From Candidatus Poribacteria bacterium (GTDB lineage Bacteria; Poribacteria; WGA-4E; UBA9662): 64,000 nucleotides of DNA. How positions within the stretch are numbered: position 1 is the stretch's first letter; every line of letters begins with the position of its first letter. The DNA is taken from contig JAYZAL010000104.1 in the NCBI GenBank assembly GCA_036339735.1, forward strand, positions 70,833 to 134,832. Direction: 5' to 3'. Below, piece by piece: positions 61,673-64,000 of this stretch. The position numbers and the translations under genes are program-made. The notes beneath the pieces were generated by a model. The model ran no database searches and was not told the DNA's origin. It was given only the letters and a program-made list of their open reading frames with translations.

Positions 61673-62320
61673 TTGAAATTAGAAAAAGATAATACTTTGC
61701 TATTTATTGGGGATTCTATAACCGACTGTGGACGATCCAGACCCATAGGAGAGAAAAATGGATTAGGTAATGGATACGTGAGCCAAGTCAATGCAATTCT
61801 TAACGGAACGCGACCACATCAACCCATTAGGGTATTAAATACAGGGATTAGTGGAAATCGAGTTTGTGACCTTAAAGAACGCTGGGAAAGTGATGTCATG
61901 GAATTAGAGCCAGATTGGTTATCTATTATGATTGGTATCAATGACGTATGGCGGCAATTCGACGATGCTCAAGCTCCGAAACAGATTGGTCTCACTGAAT
62001 ACGAAGAAACATTGCGCTTTTTGGTCAAACGAGCTAAGACAACACTGAAGGGATTAGTGTTAATGACCCCATTTTACATTGAGGCTAACAAAAAAGACCC
62101 GATGCGAGAAATGATGGATCAGTATAGCCAGATTGTGCGTCAAATCGCTGAAGAACAAACCTCTATTTTTGTTGATGTTCAGAGTGCATTTGATCATTAT
62201 CTTATTCACCAACCGACCCAATCCCTATGCGGGGATCGTGTACACCCTAATCCTACAGGCCACTTGATTATTACTAAAGCATTTTTAGACAGAATTGGTT
62301 ATCAGTGGAATAAACCATAA
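61673..62320 (+). CDS. SGNH/GDSL hydrolase (carbohydrate esterase-like)
   Basis: FIGDSITD, NTGISG, IGINDVW, DRVHP. Confidence 0.92.
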   Translation: MKLEKDNTLLFIGDSITDCGRSRPIGEKNGLGNGYVSQVNAILNGTRPHQPIRVLNTGISGNRVCDLKERWESDVMELEPDWLSIMIGINDVWRQFDDAQAPKQIGLTEYEETLRFLVKRAKTTLKGLVLMTPFYIEANKKDPMREMMDQYSQIVRQIAEEQTSIFVDVQSAFDHYLIHQPTQSLCGDRVHPNPTGHLIITKAFLDRIGYQWNKP

Positions 62321-62383
62321 CTGTCATTAGTTCTAGTTTTGCAGTAGCTACACCGAGAGATTTCATAATTCAGGCATGAAATC

Positions 62384-63376
62384 CTAGGATACACCTTCCA
62401 GTTGATCAACTAGCTTGACAGTTTTGATCACATCTCTTAAGTCGCTAGATGGCACTTGGCCGTTTTTAATACAATCAATAAAGTGCTGGTGTAAGGCTAA
62501 GATCCCTTCGTAAGCTGGTTGATCACTTATAGAGCTATTTGTAAGTTCGTATCCTCTGATCGTCTGCATAGCGTTATTGTCTCGGCAAATATCGATTTGC
62601 TCCGGGATTTGCATATAACACCCTAACCCAACCGCATGCAGTTCAGATCGTAGTACTCGCCCACCTGACGAGCGGTTGCCAAAAACTGTACCTACGCATT
62701 TATTAGCAAAACGAATCATACCTGTATAGCAGTTTCGACCTCCACCTTTGTTAGACCGGTTTGCTGAAGTGTGTACATCTTGGTAAGCTGTCACCTCTAC
62801 GACTTCACTCAATCCGGCTAAAAATCGAACCAAATCGACAACATGGCAGACATCATCCCAAAGTGTAGTTTGTCCACGTCCGCCCTCAAGAGAGGATTTG
62901 GGATAGTCAACCATGCATTTATTAAAAGTCCCAATAACTTGTGTTGGTTCTGAGTGTTCCGCAGCCAACCGGACAGCTTCTTGAGTTACAGCAGAAAATC
63001 GGCGCTGAAAAGCTGTCATGCAGTACACATCATTGCTAATTGCAGTTTCTAACATCTGCTCTGTCTCACTTGAATTCCGGCCTGGTGGTTTTTCTATCAT
63101 GACATGTTTTCCGGCGTTAAGACAATCTAGTACAGGTTGGAGAAGCCAATTTTCGTGCATGATGCAGTAAACCACATCTAAATCTACTTGCTCTAACATT
63201 ATCCTATGGTCTGAAAAAGTACGAGGAATATTATATTTCTTCGCTACTTGTTGTAGCTTATCCGTATCTAGTTCACAAACCGCTTGAACGCTAACACCAT
63301 CCATACGGTAAACTGTTGGGTAATGAGCATCTTGAGCTCGTCCACCAGCACCAATGAATCCAACTTTTAACATCAA
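62384..63376 (-). CDS. Gfo/Idh/MocA family oxidoreductase
   Basis: FIGAGG, HVMIEKPP, AFQRRF, DVCHVVD. Confidence 0.9.
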   Translation of the reverse strand: MMLKVGFIGAGGRAQDAHYPTVYRMDGVSVQAVCELDTDKLQQVAKKYNIPRTFSDHRIMLEQVDLDVVYCIMHENWLLQPVLDCLNAGKHVMIEKPPGRNSSETEQMLETAISNDVYCMTAFQRRFSAVTQEAVRLAAEHSEPTQVIGTFNKCMVDYPKSSLEGGRGQTTLWDDVCHVVDLVRFLAGLSEVVEVTAYQDVHTSANRSNKGGGRNCYTGMIRFANKCVGTVFGNRSSGGRVLRSELHAVGLGCYMQIPEQIDICRDNNAMQTIRGYELTNSSISDQPAYEGILALHQHFIDCIKNGQVPSSDLRDVIKTVKLVDQLEGVS

Positions 63377-63644
63377 TTTGCACCCTTATCTGTATTGCGG
63401 AAATAGATTTTCATTATATAGAACAATTGATTATTTGCAATACAAAATTAAGAGGTGCTCATTGAAACAGCCATATTCGAATTGAGTATAAATCACACCT
63501 GCTATGATTCGATCGGTTTTTCTAATTCTCGATGGATCTTGGTCTCGTATGCTGGAACTTATCAGTCTGGTGTAAATCTATCAGTTCATTGACAGAACAA
63601 TATTCGATTGATGGCATATGGTTGTATCTGTAGTGAGATATTGG

Positions 63645-63884
63645 ATGTCTGCTTATACCGATTTGGTAAAATCGTTAAAAGAACTAAATAAGGTTCAGTT
63701 TCTAGATTTAAGTAACCAATTTTTAACAGAAATTCCACCTGAAGTTTTTCAACTGACTAATCTGAAAAAACTCTGCCTATCATACAACCAGATCGAGGTA
63801 ATTCCGTCTGCAATTAGTCAACTAACTAATCTCACAGAACTTCATTTGTTCGGTAATCAAGATGCCGGAACTAGATGGATTTAA
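63645..63884 (+). pseudogene. Truncated LRR protein fragment
   Basis: LDLSNQFLTEIPPEVFQLTNLKKLCLSYNQIEVIPSAISQLTNLTELHLFGNQ ends abruptly after about 3 repeats. Confidence 0.65.
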
Positions 63885-64000
63885 GGTAGTTGAACAAATC
63901 AGAAAGTTGGAGAGAAAGTTAGGCCAAAAAGAGGTGGCGATTCTAGGATTATCCGCAGATGTTACGGGAGAAGTTCAGGATCGTTATAAGTTGGAAGAAG
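63856..64000 (+). pseudogene. Fragment of a response-regulator receiver domain
   Basis: (IK)MPELDGFKVVEQIRKLE...VAILGLSAD; the N-terminal half including the phospho-Asp is missing; runs off the window. Confidence 0.6.

Noticed and set aside
1-64000. CRISPR arrays, tRNA/rRNA genes, transposases, integrases, prophage or defence genes
   Set aside because: No regularly spaced direct repeats, tRNA arms or diagnostic protein motifs were found by eye

Overview
A 64-kb, AT-rich (roughly 40% GC by eye) bacterial chromosomal segment with no rRNA, tRNA, CRISPR array, transposase or phage gene that I could recognise. Housekeeping genes (valS, ddl, rsfS, rsmI, anmK, pcm, hsp20) are mixed with many catabolic paralogues: 5 Gfo/Idh/MocA oxidoreductases, 4 PhyH-type Fe/2OG dioxygenases, uxuA, a TctCBA transporter, MFS transporters and a phnY*/phnZ-like pair. 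It also encodes secreted or surface proteins: a 1736-aa LRR-Ig-dockerin-FlgD/CTD protein, a cohesin protein and a beta-propeller. This content resembles Candidatus Poribacteria (inference, not verified). Highlights beyond the ORF track: (1) an ArsC/Spx-like UxxC selenoprotein read through an in-frame UGA with a SECIS-like hairpin; (2) a cobalamin riboswitch upstream of a secreted beta-propeller (BtuG-like by analogy); (3) a short C-terminal motif V-x9/10-W-x-x-[IV]-K shared by three unrelated secreted proteins, co-occurring with a PorV-like barrel and a barrel-fused SppA protease, which suggests an uncharacterised sorting/secretion system; (4) a PhyH-like enzyme with a halogenase-type HxG motif; (5) several decayed genes. 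Family assignments come from motif recognition, not database searches.
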